Origin: Candidatus Bathyarchaeota archaeon
GTDB taxonomy: Archaea > Thermoproteota > Bathyarchaeia > Bathyarchaeales > Bathycorpusculaceae
Direction of reading: 5' to 3'
NCBI GenBank assembly: GCA_963702095.1
Contig: OY969706.1
Location: forward strand, 1,376,001-1,440,000
Length of the DNA stretch: 64,000 bases
The notes beneath the pieces were generated by a model. The model was not told the origin of the DNA. It worked only from the letters and a program-made list of their open reading frames with translations, and searched no databases. How positions within the stretch are numbered: position 1 is the first letter of the stretch; each line of letters opens with the position of its first letter. This document shows positions 31,030 through 40,341 of the stretch, in pieces. A program made the translations under genes and the position numbers.

Positions 31030-33588
31030 TTAGTGTTTTCTCATCAACATGACGACAGCGACTGCTATCGCTATGATGATGGCTATAGTTGAAGCTGCGA
31101 AGTAGAGTTCTACTGGTGCTTGTACAACTTCGGTTGTTGTCGGTGTTGGTGTTGCTGCTGCTTCTGATACGCCGAAGGCTGTCTGTGCTAGTGAACTGTA
31201 GTATGAGTCTGAGCCGCAGAATGATGCCATTATTGTGTACTTACCTGCGATGTCAGGTTGCCACATGTAACTGTAGGTGCCTGTTAATGGGTCAGTGGTT
31301 GCTTCGCCTATGTGTCTGTAGTTACCGTTAGCGTCAACGACGTCTAAGCTAACTACTACACCTTTCGCGTCAGTTGGGTATGGCTGTTGCTGGTAGAGGT
31401 AATCCATCCATGCGCTCATGCTTTCGTCTGCAACTGCTGCGGTTCCAGCGGTTGAGATGCCGAGACATGTTTTGCCGGGGGATTGGTCTGTGACTGTGCC
31501 GGTGATCATTATGCTTTGTCCGAGTGTTGACACGGTTTGAGGTGCTGAAACTGTTACGCCTGAGCGGCCTTTGCCGTATGCGTAGATTTGGTTGTCGTAT
31601 GAGTTGCATCCGACCATAACGCCGTCAGCGATCGCTAGTGGGTTGCCGCAGAAGAAGCCTGTGGACTTGTATACAAGCGTGCCGTCTGTTAGGTTTACCG
31701 CATATATCTCTGAGCCCTTGAACATTGGTGGGTTGTATGTGTGACCGCCTTCAACATAAACTACGCCGTCAGCAACTGATGCTTCATAGTTGTTGATAAT
31801 CCATAAAGGCCAATTGCCATAAACGGTTTCGGTTCCGCTGCTTCCAGTGCTGAATTGCCATAGCTTCTCGCCAGTCTTCATGTCATAGCAGTAGACACTG
31901 CCGCCTAAAGACCAAGCGATAAGTTTGCCGTCAGCAACGGTTGCGCTTCTCTGGTTGTAATAGCCGTAAGAGTCGTTGTATGAATCTGTTGGTCCCCATG
32001 CTTTGTCGCCGGTGAGGATGTTGTAGCCTGTCCATTGTCTTAGTTCTTTGTTGAATATAGCGTAGATGCCGTCAGAGGCTGGGCCGATCATCGGTGAAGT
32101 GTATGCGGGGATTGTGCGGTTGATTGGACCCCAGAGTACATGCCCGTCTTTCATGCTGTAGCCTGTGTCGCTTGTCCATGTTTGCCATGTGCCAGTCATT
32201 GCGTTAGTTGCAACGATCGCTTGGCTTCCCCAGTCTGCGCCGAGAATGTTAATGCCTGCTGTTCCGCCTGCGCGTGAAATCGATATGGTGCGGTTTGTTG
32301 CTAATGGTGCAGTCCATACTATGCCTTTGTTGAAGTCAATTTTTGCGCCTGCTGTTGGTCTAAAGCTCCAGCTTGTTGAGCTTTGTGTAATGCATTTTGT
32401 TGAGTTCCACATGTTTAATGTGTAGTCAGTTGAGTTTAGGTAGTACGCGATTATGTTGCCGTTGTCGTCTGCGAAGGGTTCAAAGTATGATACGCCGCTT
32501 GTGCAGTTTTCGACAGTTAAAATGTCTTTACCGCTGAATGCGTCAACCATAACTAGTGAACTACCGCTGGCTCCCCATAGGTATGCTTGGGCACCGTATT
32601 GGTTGGGTGTAGTGAATTCAAGTAATTGACCCATTCGTAGTTGCATTGTTGTGTCTTTTGTCCAGATAACTTCGCCTGTCTTTAAGTCGAGTGCAGTCCA
32701 TCCTTGAATGTTAGAAGCGGTTGGTACATTAGCGTAGTAGAGAACACCTGCAATAATTACTGGTGAGAATTTGCCTTCGTATTGTAAACCTGCATAGAAA
32801 ACGCTGTCTTCAGTTCCGCTCATGGCGCCAGTGCCATTGGAGCTTCCTCCAACTTGGCCACCGAAAGCTACTTGTTTAGTCCAAATTACGTGTGCAGTTT
32901 TTGGTCCGTCACTGTAAGGTTGGTAACCGCCGTTGTTGTCATATAAACCGGTGCCACCGAAGTCGAGTTTCATACCGAGACCGAGCCAGTTACCGCCAAT
33001 AGAGTACCATTCGGTATTCTGGGCATTAATTGGGCGTTGCCAGTATTCGGTTGGAAGTGGGTTGTTTGGATAGCCTGAGATGGCGTCTTCTTGGATCTCG
33101 ACGTTCATTGATGCATTGCTTGGTTTGTAATAGTCGCCGATGTATTGCGCGTATGATGTACCAGCCCATCCGGTTGGGGGTGGATTCTCGCCGGTCATGT
33201 TTAATCCAGCAAATACAACGTCGATTGTAAAGTTGCCTGCCTTGGTTGGTGTCCATGCTGTGTAGGCTGCGCCTGCAACGTCTGATTTTAAGTTGAAGGT
33301 TTCTACGGTCGTTCCGCTTTGGTCTTTGACTGTAACGGCGAAGGACCATCGGTCTCCATAAACGTTGTTAGCAGTTTGTGGGACCCAGTTAAGCCAACAG
33401 TTAATGTAGAGTGGTTGACCTACTGCGGCTGGGTTTGGTGCTGCGTTGACGAAGCAGTAAGTGTCGATTGTCCAGCCTGGTGTGCGCGCGCTAGTGGTTG
33501 GTACGGCATAAGAGAATGCTGTTGATACGATTGATAATAGCAGAATAGTCGCGATTGCTACTTTTAGGTTGTTTTCTAATTTGTGCAT
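31030..33588 (-). CDS. Large surface protein with PQQ-like beta-propeller repeats and C-terminal anchor
   Basis: Signal peptide; repeats ALDLKTGEVIW, CYDMKTGEKLW, AVNLTDGTLVY; Ig-like ends; Thr linker, TM helix, RKH. Confidence 0.88.
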   Translation of the reverse strand: MHKLENNLKVAIATILLLSIVSTAFSYAVPTTSARTPGWTIDTYCFVNAAPNPAAVGQPLYINCWLNWVPQTANNVYGDRWSFAVTVKDQSGTTVETFNLKSDVAGAAYTAWTPTKAGNFTIDVVFAGLNMTGENPPPTGWAGTSYAQYIGDYYKPSNASMNVEIQEDAISGYPNNPLPTEYWQRPINAQNTEWYSIGGNWLGLGMKLDFGGTGLYDNNGGYQPYSDGPKTAHVIWTKQVAFGGQVGGSSNGTGAMSGTEDSVFYAGLQYEGKFSPVIIAGVLYYANVPTASNIQGWTALDLKTGEVIWTKDTTMQLRMGQLLEFTTPNQYGAQAYLWGASGSSLVMVDAFSGKDILTVENCTSGVSYFEPFADDNGNIIAYYLNSTDYTLNMWNSTKCITQSSTSWSFRPTAGAKIDFNKGIVWTAPLATNRTISISRAGGTAGINILGADWGSQAIVATNAMTGTWQTWTSDTGYSMKDGHVLWGPINRTIPAYTSPMIGPASDGIYAIFNKELRQWTGYNILTGDKAWGPTDSYNDSYGYYNQRSATVADGKLIAWSLGGSVYCYDMKTGEKLWQFSTGSSGTETVYGNWPLWIINNYEASVADGVVYVEGGHTYNPPMFKGSEIYAVNLTDGTLVYKSTGFFCGNPLAIADGVMVGCNSYDNQIYAYGKGRSGVTVSAPQTVSTLGQSIMITGTVTDQSPGKTCLGISTAGTAAVADESMSAWMDYLYQQQPYPTDAKGVVVSLDVVDANGNYRHIGEATTDPLTGTYSYMWQPDIAGKYTIMASFCGSDSYYSSLAQTAFGVSEAAATPTPTTTEVVQAPVELYFAASTIAIIIAIAVAVVMLMRKH

Positions 33589-33783
33589 TTTTTTCTTTAT
33601 CTCCCTGAAAGCAACCACTTGTATGCGCCCATATATAATTCTTGTTGTTTTTTTTATATCAAAACCTTTTTTATTATTCAAATTTGATGTCAAAATTAAG
33701 GAATTAGCTTTCATGCATGCGTTCATCAACTTTAGTAATCTTGATAATTGGGCAAAATTTATTAATGTAAAAGGTTAATCTGG

Positions 33784-34275
33784 TTGAATAAAATACAGTT
33801 GAATGTCGACATGGATGAAATCGATACAAGGATTCTGGAAATGCTTATTTTGGATGCAAGGACAAGCTTGAGTGATATTGCGAGGGCATGCGATATTTCT
33901 TCTGTTTCGGTTTTAAATCGAATTAAGCGTTTAAGAAAGCTCGGAGTCATAACTGGAGCAACCCTGTTTCCGGCGCTTGAAGAACTGGGATTTTATATTA
34001 CAGCACTTATTGGTGTGCAAACAAATTCTAACACTGAGGAGCTCAGAGAATTCTTCAAAACCAATACTTGTCTAATTGAGCCTTCCAGTAGCGTAGGCGA
34101 ATACGATTTTTGCGCCTTAGTCTACGCTGAGAATATTGCAAGCTTAAACGAGAAGATAGATGTTGTTCGACGACGGTTTGGTGTGCGAAAAGTGATCGTG
34201 AATGTGTATTCTAAACTCCCGGTTTTATCCTTCGAAAATATCGATCTTAATCCGCTAAAAAGAGTAGAAAAATAA
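33784..34275 (+). CDS. Lrp/AsnC family transcriptional regulator
   Basis: DEIDTRILE.L..DARTSLSDIA....S...V.NRIKRL...GVI; GEYD. Confidence 0.9.
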   Translation: MNKIQLNVDMDEIDTRILEMLILDARTSLSDIARACDISSVSVLNRIKRLRKLGVITGATLFPALEELGFYITALIGVQTNSNTEELREFFKTNTCLIEPSSSVGEYDFCALVYAENIASLNEKIDVVRRRFGVRKVIVNVYSKLPVLSFENIDLNPLKRVEK

Positions 34276-34793
34276 TGGATAAGCTTGACTACCTTATACT
34301 AAGCGAGTTGTTGAAGGATGCCTCATTACCGTTTGTTACGATCTCGCAACGAGTGGGCGCTTCACCGTATACGGTTAGAAGGCGGTTCGAAAAATTAAAG
34401 AAAGGACTCATTGTTAACAACTGCATAGCATCCATAGATATGTCCAAATTGGGGTACCAAGGAAAACTATTCTCGTTCATCACGATTGCCTCGGAAGGCG
34501 ATAAGGCGCTTATTATTTCGCAACTCTCAAAAATCCGTAACATATTCATAACTACAGAGTTGATGGCGCCATTCGATATTTTATCCATAGCCTTCATAAC
34601 TGATCTTAGAAGCATTCAAGAGATAGTGGAGCAAATTAAGAAGATACCGTTTGTGCAACACGTAAAAATCGCCTGCATCGACAACTCCGAGTTCCCTCTA
34701 TCGCCAAATTTCGGCTCAATCCTGAGTGAAAAAAGCCGAAGTCTAGCCATCCCCCAAAGAGAGGGGTGTGTTAGCAGCAAAGAGACTAAATAG
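34275..34793 (+). CDS. Lrp/AsnC family transcriptional regulator
   Basis: DKLDYLILSELLKDASLPF..IS...GAS..TVRRR; LGY. Confidence 0.88.
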   Translation: MDKLDYLILSELLKDASLPFVTISQRVGASPYTVRRRFEKLKKGLIVNNCIASIDMSKLGYQGKLFSFITIASEGDKALIISQLSKIRNIFITTELMAPFDILSIAFITDLRSIQEIVEQIKKIPFVQHVKIACIDNSEFPLSPNFGSILSEKSRSLAIPQREGCVSSKETK

Positions 34794-34845
34794 AAAAAGC
34801 TTTTAAGACAATAAATAGTAAATATTCAAAAATCTGACCACAAGC

Positions 34846-35442
34846 ATGAAGCCTAAGACTGTGGCAGTAATTGTCACATTTACTGCTCTTACAACTGCAT
34901 TAAATTTTTTCAGATTTCCAGTTCCTTTCTTGCCTGCTTTTAGTTATCAATTGGGCGATGTCGTTTTGGTTGTGGCATTTTTACTTTTCAGCCCCTTAAT
35001 CGGTTTGTCAATCGCTTTTCTCAACATGATTGTGAACATTATTATCCCCACAACGCTAGCAGGAGTTTATGGTCCGCCCTATTATTTTTTGGCAGTTACC
35101 ACCATGCTGCTTGGAGTTTTTATATCCGATAAGTTAATGGCACGACGCAAGTTTAGGGTTGAGTGTGGAGGCAGGGTTTTGTGTAGACCCGTTGTTGCTT
35201 ACACGGGCTTGGGCATTTTAACGCGGGTTTTACTGATGCTTCCATGTGACTACTTTATCTACGGGTTCTTGGTATCGGTGGTTTCCGGTTGGAGCCTCTC
35301 AGCCTCGTATGCGCTTGTTCTGTCAACGATGCCTCTGATCATCGTGTATAATGTTACAGTGCCCCTCATCGTTATTCCCATAAGCTACTACGTAACCGAA
35401 AGAGTTGCTAAAACCAGAATTGCCCAAAGCCTCATCAGTTAA
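34846..35442 (+). CDS. ECF transporter S-component-like membrane protein
   Basis: FTALT.ALN...PVPFLP..SY.LGD..V..AFLLF.P..G; about 6 TM helices. Confidence 0.65.
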   Translation: MKPKTVAVIVTFTALTTALNFFRFPVPFLPAFSYQLGDVVLVVAFLLFSPLIGLSIAFLNMIVNIIIPTTLAGVYGPPYYFLAVTTMLLGVFISDKLMARRKFRVECGGRVLCRPVVAYTGLGILTRVLLMLPCDYFIYGFLVSVVSGWSLSASYALVLSTMPLIIVYNVTVPLIVIPISYYVTERVAKTRIAQSLIS

Positions 35443-35535
35443 GGCGGCTAAATTTTTCATCAAAGAAACGTAAATAAGCATCCTTGCCACAGACTAAGTA
35501 GTTTCTCTAAAAGGAGGAATGTTCCCCAGGAAAGT

Positions 35536-35612
35536 GCCGAGGTAGCTCAGCCTGGGAGAGCGCTCGGCTGAAGACCGAGTCGTCGCATGTTCAAACCCTG
35601 CCCTCGGCACCA
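35536..35612 (+). tRNA. tRNA-Phe (GAA), intron-less, CCA encoded; one T-stem mismatch
   Basis: GCCGAGG/CCTCGGC acceptor stem; CTCGG-CTGAAGA-CCGAG anticodon arm; T-arm GCATG-TTCAAAC-CCTGC. Confidence 0.92.
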
Positions 35613-35961
35613 TACCATTAATTTGGAATAAACCTGCGACAGGTTTACTTCTCTTCACTTCCTCTTCTTAAAGAATTGTAAATCGTCTAAAAAACGTAAA
35701 AACTCCAAGGCTTGTTCAATTAGGTTCAGCGAGTTCTTGTGTGTTTAACCACCTTGCAAATGAGAGAATCATCTCTTTCCATATTAGAAGCTGTGTATGG
35801 TAGAGTTTTGCTGCTATTGTGATCGAACAATTTCACTACGATGACGGTTAGCACCCGGTTGTCATAGCGGATGACCTCCTAAAGGGTACCCCGGTACTCC
35901 TCCCTCGGTACATTAACAAAAAAAGAAGACGATTTATTTTACATTTAACGAGGACAGATTT

Positions 35962-36375
35962 TTAGCGGCTATCCCACAGAGGGTCGCCCATATGAAAAGA
36001 CACGCTTGTCGAGCCATTTGGAATTTGAATGGATGTATTGATGGTCTTCGAGCTTTCGGCAAGTACGTCACCTATGGTGACCATTTCAGTTTTTATTACC
36101 TCGTTGCTATCGACGTTGAAGAATGAGACCTCAACTCTGCAATTGATTGCATCTTTCTCGCCCATGTTTTGGGCAGTGCCATCTAAGTTGAACATTCCAG
36201 TATTGGTGTCATATCCGCCGCCTAGGTCTACTGCTACTGAGGCATCTTTTAGTTCGGGGGTGCTATTTGCCGAGAATATTGAACCCACCATGCCTAAGAA
36301 AACAAGAGAGCCAACTGCAACAACCACGATTACACTGACTACCACTGCAAGTATTATTATATTTGATTTCTTCAT
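35962..36375 (-). CDS. Membrane-anchored small Ig-like protein
   Basis: N-terminal TM; GTAQNMGEKDA..C.VEVSFFN beta-rich domain. Confidence 0.65.
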   Translation of the reverse strand: MKKSNIIILAVVVSVIVVVAVGSLVFLGMVGSIFSANSTPELKDASVAVDLGGGYDTNTGMFNLDGTAQNMGEKDAINCRVEVSFFNVDSNEVIKTEMVTIGDVLAESSKTINTSIQIPNGSTSVSFHMGDPLWDSR

Positions 36376-36689
36376 GGGCGATGTTCTTAGTATCGATTTA
36401 ATAAAGCTTTGTAAACTAACAATCGCTTCTTATTGGACAATATTGTCAACAATAATGTCAAATATCTTACATACTATTTGAATATGGTTTTCTTTTAGAC
36501 ATGTAGTCGCGGGATCAAGTTAGTAAAACAGTGTTTGTTGCTATGTGTAGTCCTTTCCAGTGACCAAATGGTTCTTGGGGAATATTTCACAAGCTCAATG
36601 AAGAAAAATGACTGTACTTGGATTTGTTTGAGGTGGGCAACCAAGTCAGCAAGTGCCTTGCGGAAGCTCCCACGTACTGCGATGCTCCT

Positions 36690-37931
36690 TTACGATAAAT
36701 CCAACAGCTCATTAAATAGTAACAAATAATCGTGGACATGGCTGACTATCAGAAAATGCTTTCGGACCCATTCTTTTCCGTTTATGCCCATCCGTTTTGC
36801 CAGCGCTCTGTTCTTCAATAAACCCAACGTTCGTTCAGCTGCCTGCTCTACAGTGTTGACAAGGAACCCATTCTGACCGTCCACTATCTGAAGCGGAACC
36901 CCGCCGACCCTTCTGCCTACAACAGGGACACCCTTCCATAGTGCTTCAGCTACCGTTAAACCGAAGCCTTCACGCGTTGACATCTGCAAAACGACTTGCG
37001 AGGTACGTTGAAAAGCGTTAACCTCCACATCCTTCATGCCTTTTGCATCGGTTAGAAGAAGGTGAATGTCGGGGTCCTCGCTGGCATGTCGCGCGGTTTT
37101 TTCGAAGTAGTGCCAGCCTTCTGGGTCGTCGGTTGCCATTCCCCCAATGAGTAAAAGCTGGACGCTTGGGAACTGTTTTTTGACAAGCCTGTAAACGTCG
37201 ATTGCGCCTGAAGGGTCTTTCCAGGGGTCAAATCGTCCTACCTGAGTTATAATCGGCAGGTCAGGCTTCACTTCATAACGGTTTAAAACTGAGAGGATCT
37301 CTGAATCTGTGAGTTCTCGGTTTTTATCGCTAAGAGGGTTAATGGAGGGAGGTCTTATGGATAGTGCTGGAACAATTAGGCTGGGCACAACGTATTGTTT
37401 TGCCGTGAAAACTGCGGCGGTGTAGCGTGCGATGTAGGGTTCTAGAAACCTCCATACGGCTTTGTTGGGTGTGGAGAGGTCAATGTGGCATCGCCATATC
37501 CAGCAGTTCTTGTTGGAGGAGTATTGAATGAGTGCAGCTGGTTGGGCATCGTGGACCATAACGATGTCGGCGTCGAGGTTCGCTGTTTCGCTGTTCATTT
37601 TGTTGTTTTCCAGGTAGGTTTGCTCTTCTTCTTTGCTAAGGGTAAGGTTGGCTCCCTGCAATGCGTTGTGCATCTTCTTGGTTATGTTGAAGAAGCTGAG
37701 GTCTCCTTTAATGACTTCCCACTGGACATTTAAGCCTGCATCGCGCATGAGTGGGACCATGCTGTGGAGGATTTCGGCTACGCCACCGCCAAACGAGGTT
37801 GAGTTTATGTGAGTGACCGATTTGCCCTTTAGCTTGTCGCCCAGCGAACGCACAGTTTGGATTTGTTCTTCGCCCACTATGCTTACAAAATCCGATAGCT
37901 CAATTTTACCGGTCAATCCAACATTTAACAT
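36690..37931 (-). CDS. treT: Trehalose synthase TreT-like glycosyltransferase (GT4)
   Basis: HINST..GGGVAEIL, HDAQP, WRCHID, RFDPWK, EGFGLTVAEALWK. Confidence 0.88.
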   Translation of the reverse strand: MLNVGLTGKIELSDFVSIVGEEQIQTVRSLGDKLKGKSVTHINSTSFGGGVAEILHSMVPLMRDAGLNVQWEVIKGDLSFFNITKKMHNALQGANLTLSKEEEQTYLENNKMNSETANLDADIVMVHDAQPAALIQYSSNKNCWIWRCHIDLSTPNKAVWRFLEPYIARYTAAVFTAKQYVVPSLIVPALSIRPPSINPLSDKNRELTDSEILSVLNRYEVKPDLPIITQVGRFDPWKDPSGAIDVYRLVKKQFPSVQLLLIGGMATDDPEGWHYFEKTARHASEDPDIHLLLTDAKGMKDVEVNAFQRTSQVVLQMSTREGFGLTVAEALWKGVPVVGRRVGGVPLQIVDGQNGFLVNTVEQAAERTLGLLKNRALAKRMGINGKEWVRKHFLIVSHVHDYLLLFNELLDLS

Positions 37932-38094
37932 GTAGAAAGCCTCAGAAGTGAATCCTAAAAGTCAGGGACAATACTATGTTGTTCGGCTTCAATAATAATC
38001 TGTTGCTAGATAATTTGACTTCATCAACTGACTTCAAAGCTACCAATGACTTTATTACTTGCCCACATTTTGACTATTGATTCGAGGTTTTAAC

Positions 38095-38649
38095 GTGGAA
38101 TTAGACGTTGCGATAAAAGGTAGAAGAAGCGTTAGGGCTTATACTGATGAACCAGTTTCTAAAGAGCATTTAGACGCAGTCTTGGAGGCGGGTGTTTGGG
38201 CGCCCACTGGAATGGGTCGCCAGCCATGGCGATTCGTCATCATCGAGGATAAGAGCCTGATTAAATTCGTTTCCGACGAAACCAAGGAATTGGTTAAAAA
38301 GAACATGCCGCCGCTTGCAGCGCAGTTTTCAACTGACAAAGACATAATCTGCTACAACGCGCCTATGCTGGTTCTCATATGTACCGAGAAAGACCCCCAG
38401 TGGAGCAACGTCAACTTGCTGGACAGCGTCTTGGCAGCGCAGAACATGTTCCTCAAAGCCTATGAACTAGGTCTTGGAACATGCTACATGGGCTTTGTCC
38501 AGTTTCTGAACAGCAAGCCAGAAGTACTTCGCAAGCTAGGTGTTCCGGAAAACTTTGAGATGACCGTTCCGCTTATAATCGGCCACCCCAAGGCAACGCA
38601 GGGTCAGGGCAAAAGAGAGAAGCCCAACATAGCAAAATGGGTAAAATAG
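38095..38649 (+). CDS. Nitroreductase family protein
   Basis: RRSVRAY, APTG...QPWRF, AAQNM.L.A..LGLGTC. Confidence 0.92.
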   Translation: MELDVAIKGRRSVRAYTDEPVSKEHLDAVLEAGVWAPTGMGRQPWRFVIIEDKSLIKFVSDETKELVKKNMPPLAAQFSTDKDIICYNAPMLVLICTEKDPQWSNVNLLDSVLAAQNMFLKAYELGLGTCYMGFVQFLNSKPEVLRKLGVPENFEMTVPLIIGHPKATQGQGKREKPNIAKWVK

Positions 38650-38671
38650 GTACCGCCGGTTTTACCAGCGC

Positions 38672-39256
38672 CTATTTTTTTCCTTTTGGCATAACAATAC
38701 CTTCCTCGGGGTCACCATAAACAACGGCGTTTCCCTCAAGGTACAGTTTTCCCACATAAGCACATGTTACGGCGTCGAGTTCATGGTCACTCATGCCGCT
38801 GTCGAGCCCCTCAATACCCAAGTTTTCCAAACCCTGCCTGAGTTTTTCTATCCCCTTCTGTTTCCGTGGTATGCCCAGCACGTCTTGGGCGCCTCCGGGA
38901 TACGCTTCGATAACCCTGAACTCGTTTGCTTCAAAGATTGCTTTTAGGTTTATGCCACGTACAGTCAATTTTCGCATGGGTCCCAATGTCACGGGGAAGA
39001 GTTTGATGCCCATTTTGAGTAGTATGCGGTCGCTTTCTCTCAGGTGGTTTGCTATGCGTTCTTCGATGGATTTTCTTCCCGGCGGCAAGCAGAGGGGGGC
39101 GTCGATGGCGATGAGGGCTGGATTGGCGGAGGCTGTTTTTTCGATGATTTCTTTAGTACTGTATAGCAGGGAGGTCTGTGTTTTCATGCCGATGAGTGTG
39201 CAGAAGCCTGTTGGTCGGGTCTCGACACCTGCCAAATCTAATCCAACAACGTACAT
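38672..39256 (-). CDS. DUF429 family protein (RNase H-fold predicted nuclease)
   Basis: VGLDLAG, IAIDAPL, IEAYP, HELDAV. Confidence 0.82.
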   Translation of the reverse strand: MYVVGLDLAGVETRPTGFCTLIGMKTQTSLLYSTKEIIEKTASANPALIAIDAPLCLPPGRKSIEERIANHLRESDRILLKMGIKLFPVTLGPMRKLTVRGINLKAIFEANEFRVIEAYPGGAQDVLGIPRKQKGIEKLRQGLENLGIEGLDSGMSDHELDAVTCAYVGKLYLEGNAVVYGDPEEGIVMPKGKK

Positions 39257-39463
39257 ACGCGTGCACAGTAACCATTCATTCCGCCCTAAATAATTGATTA
39301 CGCCCGCGCATATGGATGCTCCAAGCGCTTGCTTATTAACATACAAACCCATGTTTCTTCCATGTTGCCACATAAAAGAAGCCCATTTTAGCCATATTAT
39401 AAGCAAGCGATAGAAAGTATTTTAAACCCATACATAAGATAACGTTCAATCAGAGGAATATCC

Positions 39464-39628
39464 ATGGCAAAATGTCCTATTTGTGGAAAAGAAGTAAAGA
39501 CTGCTAAAAAAACGTGGAAGATGGCCGGCAAGCCTGACAAAAAAGGCAAACGGACTCAACTTACCATTGCACTCTACGACTGCTGCGGTAAGACTTTCCG
39601 TGAAGTACTGGATAAGAAAAAAATCTAA
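39464..39628 (+). CDS. Cren7-like zinc-ribbon chromatin protein (54 aa; missed by the ORF track)
   Basis: MAKCPICGKEVKTAKKTWKMAGKPDKKGKRTQLTIALYDCCGKTFREVLDKKKI*; TTTAAA and GAGG upstream; T-tract downstream. Confidence 0.7.
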   Translation: MAKCPICGKEVKTAKKTWKMAGKPDKKGKRTQLTIALYDCCGKTFREVLDKKKI

Positions 39629-39672
39629 ACCCAAAAACGTTTCCTTTTCTATTTTTTTTATTTCTTTCTTAT

Positions 39673-40341
39673 TCAGCAGCTAATATGGGTGTAAACATTT
39701 TTTTGGCCCTCTAAAATCGCTGCTATGCGGTCAGGGTAGATGCCGTTTAGGACAAAACAATCCAGCCTCCACTTCAACAGCAACCCCGCCAACGCAGAAT
39801 CCACACTGGTACGCTTCATGCCCAGTAATTGCTTAACGGATAATTCTTCTATTAGAGCCGCCTTGGGATTCTGTTTAGGGTCCTCAGCGTAGACCCCATC
39901 CACATCAGTGGCCAGCAATAGCCGCTTCGCACGCAGTCTATGAGCGATGTAGAGGGCAATCGAATCAGAAGTCACTGCCCAAGAATTTTCCAAGGGGTCA
40001 TCTCTCTGCATCAGCTGGGCAGGCAAGAAAACAGCCAATTTGCCTTCAGCCAACGCTTTCCACGTATCTTTTAGGCGGCTTGATTGGACCGCCGTGGGCA
40101 GTAAATCGAGCAGTAACAGACCGTACTGGTCCATGCCCAAAATCGCCATCCGATGCGACGCCTGATTTGAAAAGCTAAAGCGTTTGTCGAGTTGCCGCAC
40201 TGTATCTGCGAATTCGCCACCGCCCGGCACCACAACCAACCTAAACCTGCCAGAGAACTCGCTTAGTCTACTGCATAATGATCGCAGTTTTTCTGGTTGG
40301 TGGGCTAAACTGCCGCCTACTTTCACCACATTTATGTCCAA
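39673..40341 (-). CDS. mfnE: Amino-acid-kinase family protein; methanofuran pathway kinase MfnE
   Basis: VVKVGGSL, VPGGG.FAD.VR, H.MAILGMDQ, SW.VTSDSIA, TDVDG; operon context; TTG start at 40341. Confidence 0.8.
   Translation of the reverse strand: MDINVVKVGGSLAHQPEKLRSLCSRLSEFSGRFRLVVVPGGGEFADTVRQLDKRFSFSNQASHRMAILGMDQYGLLLLDLLPTAVQSSRLKDTWKALAEGKLAVFLPAQLMQRDDPLENSWAVTSDSIALYIAHRLRAKRLLLATDVDGVYAEDPKQNPKAALIEELSVKQLLGMKRTSVDSALAGLLLKWRLDCFVLNGIYPDRIAAILEGQKNVYTHISC

Noticed and set aside
30644-35612. Integrated element bounded by tRNA-Val and tRNA-Phe
   Set aside because: The tRNAs are divergent with 3' ends pointing outward, and no integrase or duplicated tRNA fragment is visible.
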